This document shows positions 8,949 to 16,102 of a DNA stretch of 32,000 nt, piece after piece (position 1 is the first letter of the stretch; the number at the start of each line of letters is the position of its first letter). The DNA comes from Ignicoccus hospitalis KIN4/I (GTDB lineage Archaea > Thermoproteota > Thermoprotei_A > Sulfolobales > Ignicoccaceae), in assembly GCF_000017945.1 (NCBI RefSeq), contig NC_009776.1, positions 900,001-932,000 of the forward strand. The letters run 5' to 3'. Under the pieces are notes generated by a model that was not told the origin of the DNA, ran no database searches, and was given only the letters and a program-made list of their open reading frames with translations. The translations under genes and the position numbers were made by a program.

Positions 8949-9636
8949 GCAGCCTCCAAGCCCTCCTGACGACCTCAGCGACCGCAACTGTGGACAGCGC
9001 GGAGGCCAGCAGCTGGGCCGCGCCGGCCTCCGTTAGGGCGGCCCCGGGGGTGTTTAGGACCAAGTAAGCTAGTCTCCCCAAGCTGGGGGTCGAAGGGTCT
9101 TCCAAGCCCAAGGCGGATATCGCGGCCTCAGCGTAGATGGCTATGGCCGAGCTCAAGCCCGCGTAGGCGCTGACCAGCTCTAAGGCGTTCCTCGGCCCGT
9201 GGAGCCTCCAAGCCTCCCCCGGGGAGGCGCCGGAGGCGAAGGAGGCGAGCGCGAAGGGTTGTTCCCTAAGCCTCTCGGCGGCTTCCTTGATCACCTTGAC
9301 CCCCGCGGAGGAGGCAAGGGCCCCTACCAACGCCCCCACCAACAAGGGGGACAAGGTTACCTTCACGCCCAGCAAGACCAACAGCGGGAGGCGCGGGAGG
9401 GAGAGCAACAAGTCGCTCAAGGCCTCCGCTAGGACCCCCTTCCGCGCGAACGACAAGTAGTGGAGGGCCGTGAGCAACGCAAAGGACGTTAAGTAGGAGA
9501 CCGCGGCCACCTCCAAGCTCGTCCAGAGCCCCGCGGCCAGGGCGCACAGCGCGTCCTCCCCCAAGGGGGTGGTTCCTAACGGGTGGGAGGGGCTAGGCGG
9601 CTCCAAGGGCAAGCCTTCTCCGCACAAGGGCCTCAC
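8935..9636 (-). CDS. Divergent, short ABC-transporter permease (DppC/OppC-like)
   Basis: EAA-loop-like segment ASFASGASPGEAWRLHGPRNAL and a C-terminal AEAAISALGLEDPSTPSLG resembling the permease LSFLGLG..P..SWG motif. Follows the other permease on the same strand. Shorter than typical, at 233 aa. Confidence 0.45.
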   Translation of the reverse strand: MRPLCGEGLPLEPPSPSHPLGTTPLGEDALCALAAGLWTSLEVAAVSYLTSFALLTALHYLSFARKGVLAEALSDLLLSLPRLPLLVLLGVKVTLSPLLVGALVGALASSAGVKVIKEAAERLREQPFALASFASGASPGEAWRLHGPRNALELVSAYAGLSSAIAIYAEAAISALGLEDPSTPSLGRLAYLVLNTPGAALTEAGAAQLLASALSTVAVAEVVRRAWRLLRAF

Positions 9637-10372
9637 CCAGCGCGTTCAGTGCAATTACCGAAACCGCCACTGCTACGAACGAAGAGAAAGCGAGTTGGGG
9701 GTCGGCCTCCGTCACGGCCTTGCACAAGGCTTCCCCCACCCCCCAGTAGCCTACCAACGGCTCCACCAACACGGACCTTTCTAAGACTAAGGAGGTCAAG
9801 TTGAAGAACTGCGCCAAGAGCAGCCACTTGGAGGCTAACAAGAGCTTGGACCTCACTCCCCTCTCGTCCAGCCCCACAGCCTTCCAGAAGAGCCTTACTC
9901 CCTTGAGCTCCTCCCTCCCTTCGACCCCCTCCGACACCACGTACGCTACCTTAGGACACTCGGACATTATTATCACCAGTGCGTATTCTGCGGCCTTGGA
10001 GGGGTCGGCCCCGGGCAAGGGGGAGGGCCAAGGGAAGCGCCAAGAGAGGAGGTAAAGGAGCAAGGCGTACACGTACTCCGGGACGTACGCCAAGGCTTCG
10101 AACGAGGCCCTCTTGCCGAAGCGCAAGTAGCACAACGAACCCAAGAGGACCGACGCTCCCACCGCAATAACTACGACAGTTACGGTGTTCCTCAACGCTA
10201 CTGAGGCGACATCCCACGGGTCGAGGCCGTAGGTCAAGCTTCTGGAGGCGAGGGCCTCGGGGACTTCGAGCTCTTCCGAGCTCCCGAGGCCGGCCCCGGG
10301 GTTGCCTAGGTTACCGGACACGAGCGCCGCTATCAAAACACTAATGATTAGCGTTATTACCTTGCCTATCAA
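9593..10372 (-). CDS. Divergent ABC-transporter permease (DppB/DppC-like)
   Basis: 259 aa with multiple TM segments. Degenerate EAA-like loop (FWKAVGLDERGVRSKLLL) and a C-terminal VGYWGVGEAL motif. Lies immediately downstream of the substrate-binding protein gene (4-nt gap). Confidence 0.5.
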   Translation of the reverse strand: MIGKVITLIISVLIAALVSGNLGNPGAGLGSSEELEVPEALASRSLTYGLDPWDVASVALRNTVTVVVIAVGASVLLGSLCYLRFGKRASFEALAYVPEYVYALLLYLLSWRFPWPSPLPGADPSKAAEYALVIIMSECPKVAYVVSEGVEGREELKGVRLFWKAVGLDERGVRSKLLLASKWLLLAQFFNLTSLVLERSVLVEPLVGYWGVGEALCKAVTEADPQLAFSSFVAVAVSVIALNALGEALVRRRLALGAA

Positions 10373-10376
10373 CGGC

Positions 10377-11912
10377 TCACCTCAACAGGGCGAGCTTGTT
10401 GAAGGGCAGCGGCACGCCGCCGTCTATCCCTCCCTCGGTGAAGAACCACCCGGCCCGCGACGAGTCGAGCAAGAACTGGTAGGGGTAGTAAAGCGCTATG
10501 CGGGGCAGCTCCTCCGCTACGAGCCTCTGAATTTCCTTCACTACTTTGATCGCTTCCTCCGCGCTGGGGGCGTTCAAGAGCTCCCTCGCGAGCTCCAAGT
10601 AGCGGGGGTCCCTCCAAGGCGCGCTGAACCTCTCGAACCACCAAGCGGCCGCCAGAGGGTCGTTCCCCACCGCCCCGTGGCCGCTTATAACGAAGCCGTA
10701 CCCCCCGCCCTTAACTATTAAGTCGAGCTGCTTGGGCCCGGGAACCACCTTGACGTTCACACAAATCTTAACTCTTTTTAGCATCTTCTTAACTATTAGG
10801 GCTTCTTGCACGAACTGTTTAGTAGTTACTAACAGCGGCCTCCACGGCCTCCCTCGGAACTCCGCGCACCCGTCCCCGTTCACGTCTTCCACTCCCACGG
10901 ACTTGAGGAGCCTCGCTGCCGCCTCGGGGTCGTAGCGGTACTTAGGCACGTCGTCCTCGTAGAAGCGGCTGTACGGCGGCACGTAGCCCGGGGAGCCGGG
11001 CTCGGCGGCGCCCGGGCCGGCGCTGAGCTCTACTAGCTCCTTCAAGTCCAAAGACATTGCGACGGCCTTGCGAAACTCCTTGAAGGAGTAGGGCTCTTCG
11101 TCCAGGTTGAAGCCTAAGAAGAGCACCCAGTAGGAGGGCCCCCTCTTTACGATCAAGTCCGGCTTGGCCCTCTTGGCCAGCTCCACTAGCCTGTAAGCCT
11201 TTCCGAAGAGGGAGACGCTGTCTACCTCCCCCCTTATTAGGGCCGCCACGGCCTTCTGAGGCTGGAAGGGGCCTACGGCAGATACCACGAGCTCTTCGTA
11301 CTTCGGCTTGGGTCCCCAGAAGAAGGGGTTCCTCACGAAGACGTAGCGGGAGCCGGGGACGTATTCCTTCAGCACGTAGGGACCGCTGCAGACGAAGGCG
11401 TCCTTCCCTCTATAGGAGAACGGGTCCTTCACCTTCTCCCACACGTGCTTGGGGAGCACGAACACGGTCGTCGCGTACTCCTCCACGAAGAACGGGAAAG
11501 GCCTCGAGAGCTCTACGACCACCGTTCGGTCGTCCAAAGCCTTGACGTCCTTTATAAGGTCCTTAGGGATGTTCTTCCAGTGCCACCCGTGTTTCATGAG
11601 GTACTTGAACGTGAAGACCACGTCCTCTGCCGTGAGGGGCTCCCCGTCGCTCCACTTGGCCTCCCTCAAGTAGAACTTGACCGCGGTTCCGTTCGCCTCC
11701 CACTTGTACGCAAGCCACGGGATCACTCCCCTCTCGTCCTTCCACACCAGCGTGTCGAAGGAGAAGCTCGTCAGCACGTACCCTGGGCCCCTCGGGTAGA
11801 AGGAGAAGGGCGTCGGCAGCCCCCAGTCGCCCAGACCGACGCTCAGCGCCGAGGCTTGGAGACTAAGCGCCAAGGCGACGAGTAATGCACTCCTCAAGGT
11901 GTCACCGTGCAC
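10377..11912 (-). CDS. ABC transporter substrate-binding protein, family 5 (peptide/nickel type)
   Basis: 511 aa with an N-terminal signal-like LRSALLVALALSLQASA. Typical SBP_bac_5 features: LVWKDERG..PWLAYKWE, WSDGEPLTAEDVVFTF and a C-terminal YYPYQ. An alternative TTG start at 11897 gives MRSALLV. Confidence 0.85.
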   Translation of the reverse strand: MHGDTLRSALLVALALSLQASALSVGLGDWGLPTPFSFYPRGPGYVLTSFSFDTLVWKDERGVIPWLAYKWEANGTAVKFYLREAKWSDGEPLTAEDVVFTFKYLMKHGWHWKNIPKDLIKDVKALDDRTVVVELSRPFPFFVEEYATTVFVLPKHVWEKVKDPFSYRGKDAFVCSGPYVLKEYVPGSRYVFVRNPFFWGPKPKYEELVVSAVGPFQPQKAVAALIRGEVDSVSLFGKAYRLVELAKRAKPDLIVKRGPSYWVLFLGFNLDEEPYSFKEFRKAVAMSLDLKELVELSAGPGAAEPGSPGYVPPYSRFYEDDVPKYRYDPEAAARLLKSVGVEDVNGDGCAEFRGRPWRPLLVTTKQFVQEALIVKKMLKRVKICVNVKVVPGPKQLDLIVKGGGYGFVISGHGAVGNDPLAAAWWFERFSAPWRDPRYLELARELLNAPSAEEAIKVVKEIQRLVAEELPRIALYYPYQFLLDSSRAGWFFTEGGIDGGVPLPFNKLALLR

Positions 11913-11966
11913 AAGCCCTGTGCCGCGTAAATAGCCCTACCGCGCGCGGCCCGAGGGGGAAGAGAG

Positions 11967-12275
11967 GTGAGGGTCGCCGTCTTGTGCGAGTGTTACAAGG
12001 ACAAGTGCTGGGTGGCCCACCACTTCGGCATGGCGCCCTTCATCTGTTTGTTCGAGGACGGGAGGGAGGTGGAGAGGCTGAGGAACCCTTTCGTCACGGC
12101 GGAGAGGGGCAAGGGGAGGCTGTTGGCCGAGTTCTTGGCGAGTAAGGGGGTCCAAGTAGTAATAGGCCCCGAGGCCCAAAGCCACGGCGCGTCCAGATGG
12201 GTAGAGGCCTTGGGCATGAGAGTAATTTCAGCAAACCCGGGGACGCCGGTAGAAGAGGCCTTGAAGGCGTTGTGA
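11967..12275 (+). CDS. NifX/NifB-C-terminal-like (dinitrogenase FeMo-cofactor biosynthesis domain) protein
   Basis: 102 aa. (M)RVAVLCE...VAHHFGMAPFICLFE...GKGRLLAEFLASKGVQVVI...ALGMRVI matches the HFG-x-A-x-x-F pattern of the Nitro_FeMo-Co family. Confidence 0.6.
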   Translation: MRVAVLCECYKDKCWVAHHFGMAPFICLFEDGREVERLRNPFVTAERGKGRLLAEFLASKGVQVVIGPEAQSHGASRWVEALGMRVISANPGTPVEEALKAL

Positions 12276-12619
12276 AGGTCCTCTGGGCGCTCTACACGGC
12301 AGTCCTAGCCTACGGCCTCACCTTGATGCCTCCCTCCCAAGTAGCCCTCGCCGAGAGGGCCACAGACCCTTGGTCCCTCGACCCCGGCGCGTCCGCGAGG
12401 CACTTCCTCCTCTTCTTCTTGGAGGGCCTCCTCTCCCGCTCGTTCGGCTGGGACGGCCTCACGGCCTCGACGGTCTTAGCGGGGTCCACGGAGCTCTTCC
12501 AGACGTTCGTGCCGTGGAGGACTTACGACTGGAGGGACCTCTTCGCGAACTTCTTAGGCGCGCTCGTGGGCTTCTCGACGGCGAACATTTTAAAAAACAA
12601 ACTCAAAGCTAGGGCTTAA
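12272..12619 (+). CDS. VanZ-like membrane protein
   Basis: GSTELFQTFVPWRTYDWRDLFANFLGALVGF matches the VanZ E-x-x-Q...R...D...N..G signature. Proposed GTG start at 12272 overlaps the NifX-like TGA (GTGA). The longer ORF-track start (12197) lies inside the upstream gene. Confidence 0.55.
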   Translation: MKVLWALYTAVLAYGLTLMPPSQVALAERATDPWSLDPGASARHFLLFFLEGLLSRSFGWDGLTASTVLAGSTELFQTFVPWRTYDWRDLFANFLGALVGFSTANILKNKLKARA

Positions 12620-12641
12620 CGAATACGTACTGCAAGAAGGA

Positions 12642-13053
12642 GTGAGGGCGAAAGATGGAACAGACACGATTCTAGTGGGGTACAAGAACAACGAGCTCTC
12701 GGCGGCTTGCTCCCTCTTGAGCGAGGCGATCGCCGAGGCGGGGGAGAGGGCTATCCCCTTGAGAAGGGGAGCTGTTCATTTACTGGTTTTTCAGATCGAA
12801 GGAAGCGGGCTTCGAGAAGGCGATTAAGGAGTTGGAGGACCTGATCGCCGCTTTTAACGAAATCATGAAGGCGTTGGGGATGGGCGAGCCCTTCAAGAGA
12901 GGTAGCTTGAAATTCTACGTTCTTTCGATAGACCCCAAGAAGTTGGAGCAGCTGAGAAAAGAATTCGTAAAGAAGGTGGACGACTTGTTCAACGACGTCG
13001 ACCCCGGGAAGGCTCAGACTCTGATGTCGGCTATGGTCGACAGGTGGGGGTAA
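12642..13053 (+). pseudogene. Hypothetical protein split over two frames (ORFs 12642..12827 and 12832..13053); apparent +1 frameshift near 12760
   Basis: The frame of the second ORF is open from 12763. It reads EGELFIYWFFRSKEAGFEKAIKELEDLIAAFNEIMKALG with no start codon before TTG 12832. The first ORF tail after ...AGERAIPL looks non-protein-like. The minus-strand 172-aa ORF here has antisense-type composition. Confidence 0.35.
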
Positions 13054-13093
13054 GGGGAGTTGAGGTGAGCGATCAGGGTAACGAGGAGGGCTG

Positions 13094-13327
13094 ATGTGCG
13101 GCATCATCCTCTTCGGCCCGTGGAGCGCCTTAACCGAGCCGTCCCTCAGGAACGAGGAGTTTAGGGGGCTCGTGAAAGAGGACATAGAGCGGGTGATGGA
13201 CAGAAAGGTAATAGAGCGGGTCGGGAAGGCCCTTAAGATAGAAGGGTACATAACCAGTAAGACGTACACAGCGCCCCAGGAAACCAGCCCCCTCCTCCCC
13301 CGAGGTTCAACGTCTCCAGCTACTTAG
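13094..13327 (+). CDS. Hypothetical small protein (77 aa), N-terminus MCGII
   Basis: ATG preceded by a GAGGAGGG Shine-Dalgarno-like element 4 nt upstream. The first ~58 aa are charged and helical. The last ~18 aa (APQETSPLLPRGSTSPAT) are low complexity, which suggests a frame problem or decay. Confidence 0.35.
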   Translation: MCGIILFGPWSALTEPSLRNEEFRGLVKEDIERVMDRKVIERVGKALKIEGYITSKTYTAPQETSPLLPRGSTSPAT

Positions 13328-13338
13328 GCCTAGCTTGA

Positions 13339-13488
13339 TTGGCAATAGTTTTCGACTTGTACCCTTCCGGGTCGATACTGGAGGCGGAGTTCGCTAGGAA
13401 CGCCGGCGTTCCGGCGGTGAGGCTAGGCTGCTCCGCCGGATACCTCTGTTACGAGGAAGGCCCCAAAACTACGGGGGCGGAGTCCTAG
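13339..13488 (+). CDS. Small ORF (49 aa; not in ORF track), possible remnant
   Basis: Manual translation from TTG 13339: MAIVFDLYPSGSILEAEFARNAGVPAVRLGCSAGYLCYEEGPKTTGAES. Its stop TAG (13486-13488) overlaps the GTG start of the next ORF by 1 nt. Confidence 0.25.
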   Translation: MAIVFDLYPSGSILEAEFARNAGVPAVRLGCSAGYLCYEEGPKTTGAES

Positions 13489-13673
13489 TGGGCTCTTCGG
13501 ACACGCTTAACAGCCACGTGGGCACTGCCTTCGCCGTCCTCCCGGTAGGCTTCGTCCGCTGTCTCAAGGGGACGGAGGGCTGTAAGGGGGCGAGGGCCGA
13601 TTTCCGGAAGTCCTTGAGGGACGCGATTAACTGCTTGAATCAGTCAGTTAAAAGAGCGGGACGAGGTATATAA
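13488..13673 (+). CDS. Small ORF (61 aa), hypothetical
   Basis: ORF-track entry, partly protein-like (ADFRKSLRDAINCLNQSVKRAG). Its stop codon lies inside the TATATAA element of the downstream promoter. Confidence 0.25.
   Translation: MGSSDTLNSHVGTAFAVLPVGFVRCLKGTEGCKGARADFRKSLRDAINCLNQSVKRAGRGI
13665..13672 (+). promoter_or_regulatory. TATA-box-like element (TATATAAG) upstream of the RAM-domain gene
   Basis: A strong AT-rich octamer in otherwise GC-rich DNA, about 135 nt upstream of the proposed start at 13806. This implies an unusually long leader. Confidence 0.4.
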
Positions 13674-13805
13674 GGCACCAAACCGGTTGAGCGCTAACTC
13701 GAGGGGAGCGTTCGAGGTCAGGCTGAACTTAGAGACCGTGGAAAGGACGTGCCTCGGGCGGGCTTCCTAATTACGCCCCCCGCCCCGCTAGGGCGGGGAG
13801 AGGCG

Positions 13806-14045
13806 TTGGTGGAGGCTTTGGTATTCATGGTTGTCGAGCCACAAGCGGTAACTGAGATACCAAAGAAACTCAAAGATATGAAGGAGGTCAAGGCAATATA
13901 CGAAGTTACCGGCGACTACGACTTCGTTATAATGATGGAGGGGGAGAGCTACAGCGACATAGCCAAGACGTTGAGGGAGAAAATATTAAAGATACCGGGG
14001 GTGGTTAGGACTACCACCTCCTTCATAGTCGCTAAACACAAATAA
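13806..14045 (+). CDS. Stand-alone Lrp/AsnC ligand-binding (RAM) domain protein
   Basis: (M)VEALVFMVVEPQAVTEIPKKLKDMKEVKAIYEVTGDYDFVIMMEGESYSDIAKTLREKILKIPGVVRTTTSFIV is the classic AsnC_trans_reg/RAM pattern. No HTH domain is present. The start is taken at TTG 13806 (GTG 13809 also possible) rather than the ORF-track 13749. Confidence 0.7.
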   Translation: MVEALVFMVVEPQAVTEIPKKLKDMKEVKAIYEVTGDYDFVIMMEGESYSDIAKTLREKILKIPGVVRTTTSFIVAKHK

Positions 14046-14050
14046 AAGCC

Positions 14051-14938
14051 CTACCTCTTCAAGAGTTCTAGTATTATTTTCACGCCCCTCTCGCTCAAGG
14101 CGCCTAAGGAGGCCACCGCTTCCCCGCTCGTGCGGTTAACGAACACGTTGCCGGGGGTGGCTACATAAGGGAACAGCCTCTGGGCCAGCTCCAAGGCCTT
14201 CTGGTTAGCTTCCCTTAGCTCGCGCTCGCCCGCGGTTACGTTAGAGAGCTTTATCTGGTTCTTGTACAAGTTCTCGAAGTTCTCTGCTATCTTGTGTTCT
14301 AAGTTGAAGAACTCCTCGGCGGCCCCCCTCTTCCTCAGCTCGTTCTGTTGGTAGGCCAAGCGCAAGCTCTCCTCGAAGCCCGGCGCGTTGGTGTGGAAGG
14401 CAACGACTATGGGTATTAGGTAGGCCTTGCCTTCTTTGACCATCTCTTCTATTATTTTAGCTCCCCCGCTCCTGTAGAACAATGCGCAGTAGGGGCAGAG
14501 GGGGTCCAAGAGCTCCACTATCCAGACCCCCGCCCGCGGGTCCCCCAAACCCCCGGTGACGTTGAGCTTCAAGAGCAGCTCGGTGTAGTTCCCGGCATAA
14601 ACGTAGAGGGGCGCCTGGGGGGCAGGGTACAAGCAGTACTTGGAGCCGTCGCAGCCCTCCAGAAGCTTCCCGAACCTCTCGCACTCACCAACTTGCTTTT
14701 CATTTATCTTGACCACGACGGCCGGCAGCCAGCCGGTGTAGTTGCCTAAGGCATTTTTATAATCGTCTACGTATATATACTTTATATACGTCCCTGGCTT
14801 GAGCTTCGGGTAGATCTTGGTGACGACGTCGCTTGTTAGGTAGGTGACGTTGGAGTGTGCGCGAAAGCACTGGGCCCCCAAGGCGCCCAGCGCGAGGGCC
14901 AAGACTATTGCGATAGCCCTCAACCCTCTTTCCCACAC
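14051..14938 (-). CDS. Secreted/membrane-anchored thioredoxin-fold thiol:disulfide oxidoreductase (DsbA-like) with N-terminal extension
   Basis: N-terminal signal/anchor RAIAIVLALALGALGA. CxxC active-site context VELLDPLCPYCALF. C-terminal ATPGNVFVN (cis-Pro loop-like). About 130 aa of extra N-terminal domain containing 4 Cys. Confidence 0.7.
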   Translation of the reverse strand: MWERGLRAIAIVLALALGALGAQCFRAHSNVTYLTSDVVTKIYPKLKPGTYIKYIYVDDYKNALGNYTGWLPAVVVKINEKQVGECERFGKLLEGCDGSKYCLYPAPQAPLYVYAGNYTELLLKLNVTGGLGDPRAGVWIVELLDPLCPYCALFYRSGGAKIIEEMVKEGKAYLIPIVVAFHTNAPGFEESLRLAYQQNELRKRGAAEEFFNLEHKIAENFENLYKNQIKLSNVTAGERELREANQKALELAQRLFPYVATPGNVFVNRTSGEAVASLGALSERGVKIILELLKR

Positions 14939-14954
14939 GCGGCCGTCGGGGAGG

Positions 14955-14965
14955 ATTAAATTTTA
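14955..14965 (-). promoter_or_regulatory. TATA-like element for the DsbA-like gene (near-leaderless spacing)
   Basis: attaaatttta lies 17-27 nt upstream of the ATG at 14938 on the minus strand. It is flanked by the GGAGG/CCTCC inverted repeat. Confidence 0.4.
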
Positions 14966-15179
14966 CCTCCGTAACGCGCCCCTCGCTAAGCTCATCAGAT
15001 TCAAAGTCGAGCCCCTCTCACATGCGCTGTTGGACCTAGACCGCTTTCGGCAAAGCGGAGAGCCGTTGCGCACTCCGAAGACGTCCCTCGCGGACCAACG
15101 CGGTCGAGTCTCCGGTTTCGTTCCTAAGAGGCAGACCTTGAAGCGGCCTGCTTCAAGCTTCACTGCGTTGCTTCTTTCG

Positions 15180-15467
15180 TTTTGTCTAGCTACGTAGATC
15201 TAGTATTACAAATCGCCAAACTTTTGTATTTGTTTATTTCTCTTTCCACATTCACCCACATGGGAACATCTTATATTCGAAAGCGCACCATTACTATTCA
15301 CTCTCTCAAACCCCCTTATATCTTTTCATGGGAACGCTGAAGATCGTGGAGGGAAGGGCAGAGGAAAAATTTCTTGAATAAAGGGAAAAGTTTGGGGAAT
15401 TGTAAACTCGCAGTAGAATGCAATTCTTTTAAGGGAAAGACCTTGGAGCTTTATATGGAAGGCTTCG
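15180..15467 (+). promoter_or_regulatory. CRISPR leader (AT-rich)
   Basis: About 290 nt of markedly AT-rich DNA abutting the non-degenerate end of the array. Internal direct repeats: CATGGGAAC at 15259 and 15327, and AAGGGAAA at 15381 and 15431. TATA-like cttttaagg at ~15425 and tttatatgg at ~15450. Confidence 0.55.
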
Positions 15468-15892
15468 GTGGAGTCTCAAGAGAGAATGGAAAGGTACTAA
15501 TGCCGTATTACCAAATCTAAACGATAGGCGAGATGTGGAGTCTCAAGAGAGAATGGAAAGTGTACTTGTGCTACTGATGAAGAAGATGGGGTGAGAGCGT
15601 GGAGTCTCAAGAGAGAATGGAAAGAACAGGGTCAGTATCTTCGGCAGGAACGTGTCCGTCACCTTCTGTGGAGTCTCAAGAGAGGATGGAAAGATCACCC
15701 GCCGGCCAGGCGGCACCTTCTTCCTAGCTCTTTTGTAGAGTCTCAAAAGAGGATAGAAAGTGGTAAAATCATTCCGGTGGGAATAGAAATTCGGGAAGTG
15801 GAGTCTCAAAAGAGGATAGAAAGAAGACTAGTTTTATTATATCGTCTACGTCTATTCTTAACACTTGTAGAGTCTCAAGAGAGAATAGGAAG
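15468..15892 (+). CRISPR. CRISPR array: 7 repeats of 26 nt, 6 spacers (41, 38, 43, 41, 37, 43 nt)
   Basis: Repeats at 15468, 15535, 15599, 15668, 15735, 15798 and 15867. Consensus GTGGAGTCTCAAGAGAGAATGGAAAG. R1-R3 are identical; R4 has 1 mismatch, R5 has 4, R6 has 3 and R7 has 3. This places the leader on the left and transcription on the + strand. The 3-prime ATGGAAAG resembles the crenarchaeal ATTGAAAG 8-nt crRNA tag. Confidence 0.9.
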
Positions 15893-16102
15893 CGAGCAAG
15901 CGTCACAAAAATAGAACCAAAATCCCTTAAGGGAATAATCAAGAAGTAACGTTCCTTAAGCTCTACACCGACGTGTCCTTGCGAACCCCTAACGTACACT
16001 TAAAGACAAATAAAGCACCTCCGTTCCTTCTCGCGAAGCAACTAAAGGGGATGCGGGGCGGAGGGGACCAAAACTTAGTACGCCTTTGGTCCAAGGCCTC
16101 AC

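Noticed and set aside
12751-13269. 172-aa minus-strand ORF covering the small + strand ORFs
   Set aside because: Ser/Leu/Pro/Arg-rich antisense-type sequence. The + strand frames give charged, helix-like proteins, and one has a good ribosome-binding site.
13330-13700. Possible SRP RNA, RNase P RNA or 5S rRNA in the GC-rich region. Cues were CCCGGAAGGG on the minus strand near 13361-13370, GGTGAGGCTAGGC near 13425, and CCGGAAGTCC near 13603.
   Set aside because: No long 5-prime/3-prime complementarity for an SRP helix 5 was found. There is no GGAAGGGAGCA-type helix 8 motif, and no GAGGAAAGUCC / ACAGAA..GGCUUA pair in the correct order for RNase P. Similarity to the 5S loop region breaks down after a few nucleotides. 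Small coding ORFs explain the region at least as well. An Infernal/Rfam scan would settle it.
14985-15000. C-box-like CTGATGA on the minus strand, a possible C/D box sRNA
   Set aside because: No D box (CTGA) or C-prime/D-prime boxes occur at the expected spacing downstream on that strand.
14844-15197. 117-aa + strand ORF and 66-aa minus-strand ORF (14963..15163) between the DsbA-like gene and the leader
   Set aside because: The first overlaps the DsbA-like 5-prime end. Both have Arg/Ser/Pro-rich junk-like composition, and no Cas1/Cas2-like motifs were seen. The region is reported instead as structured non-coding DNA.
15543-15999. ORFs of 76-107 aa spanning the CRISPR array on both strands
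   Set aside because: Their repeated peptide motifs (for example ESQKRIE and WSLKREW) are translations of the CRISPR repeats, not genes.
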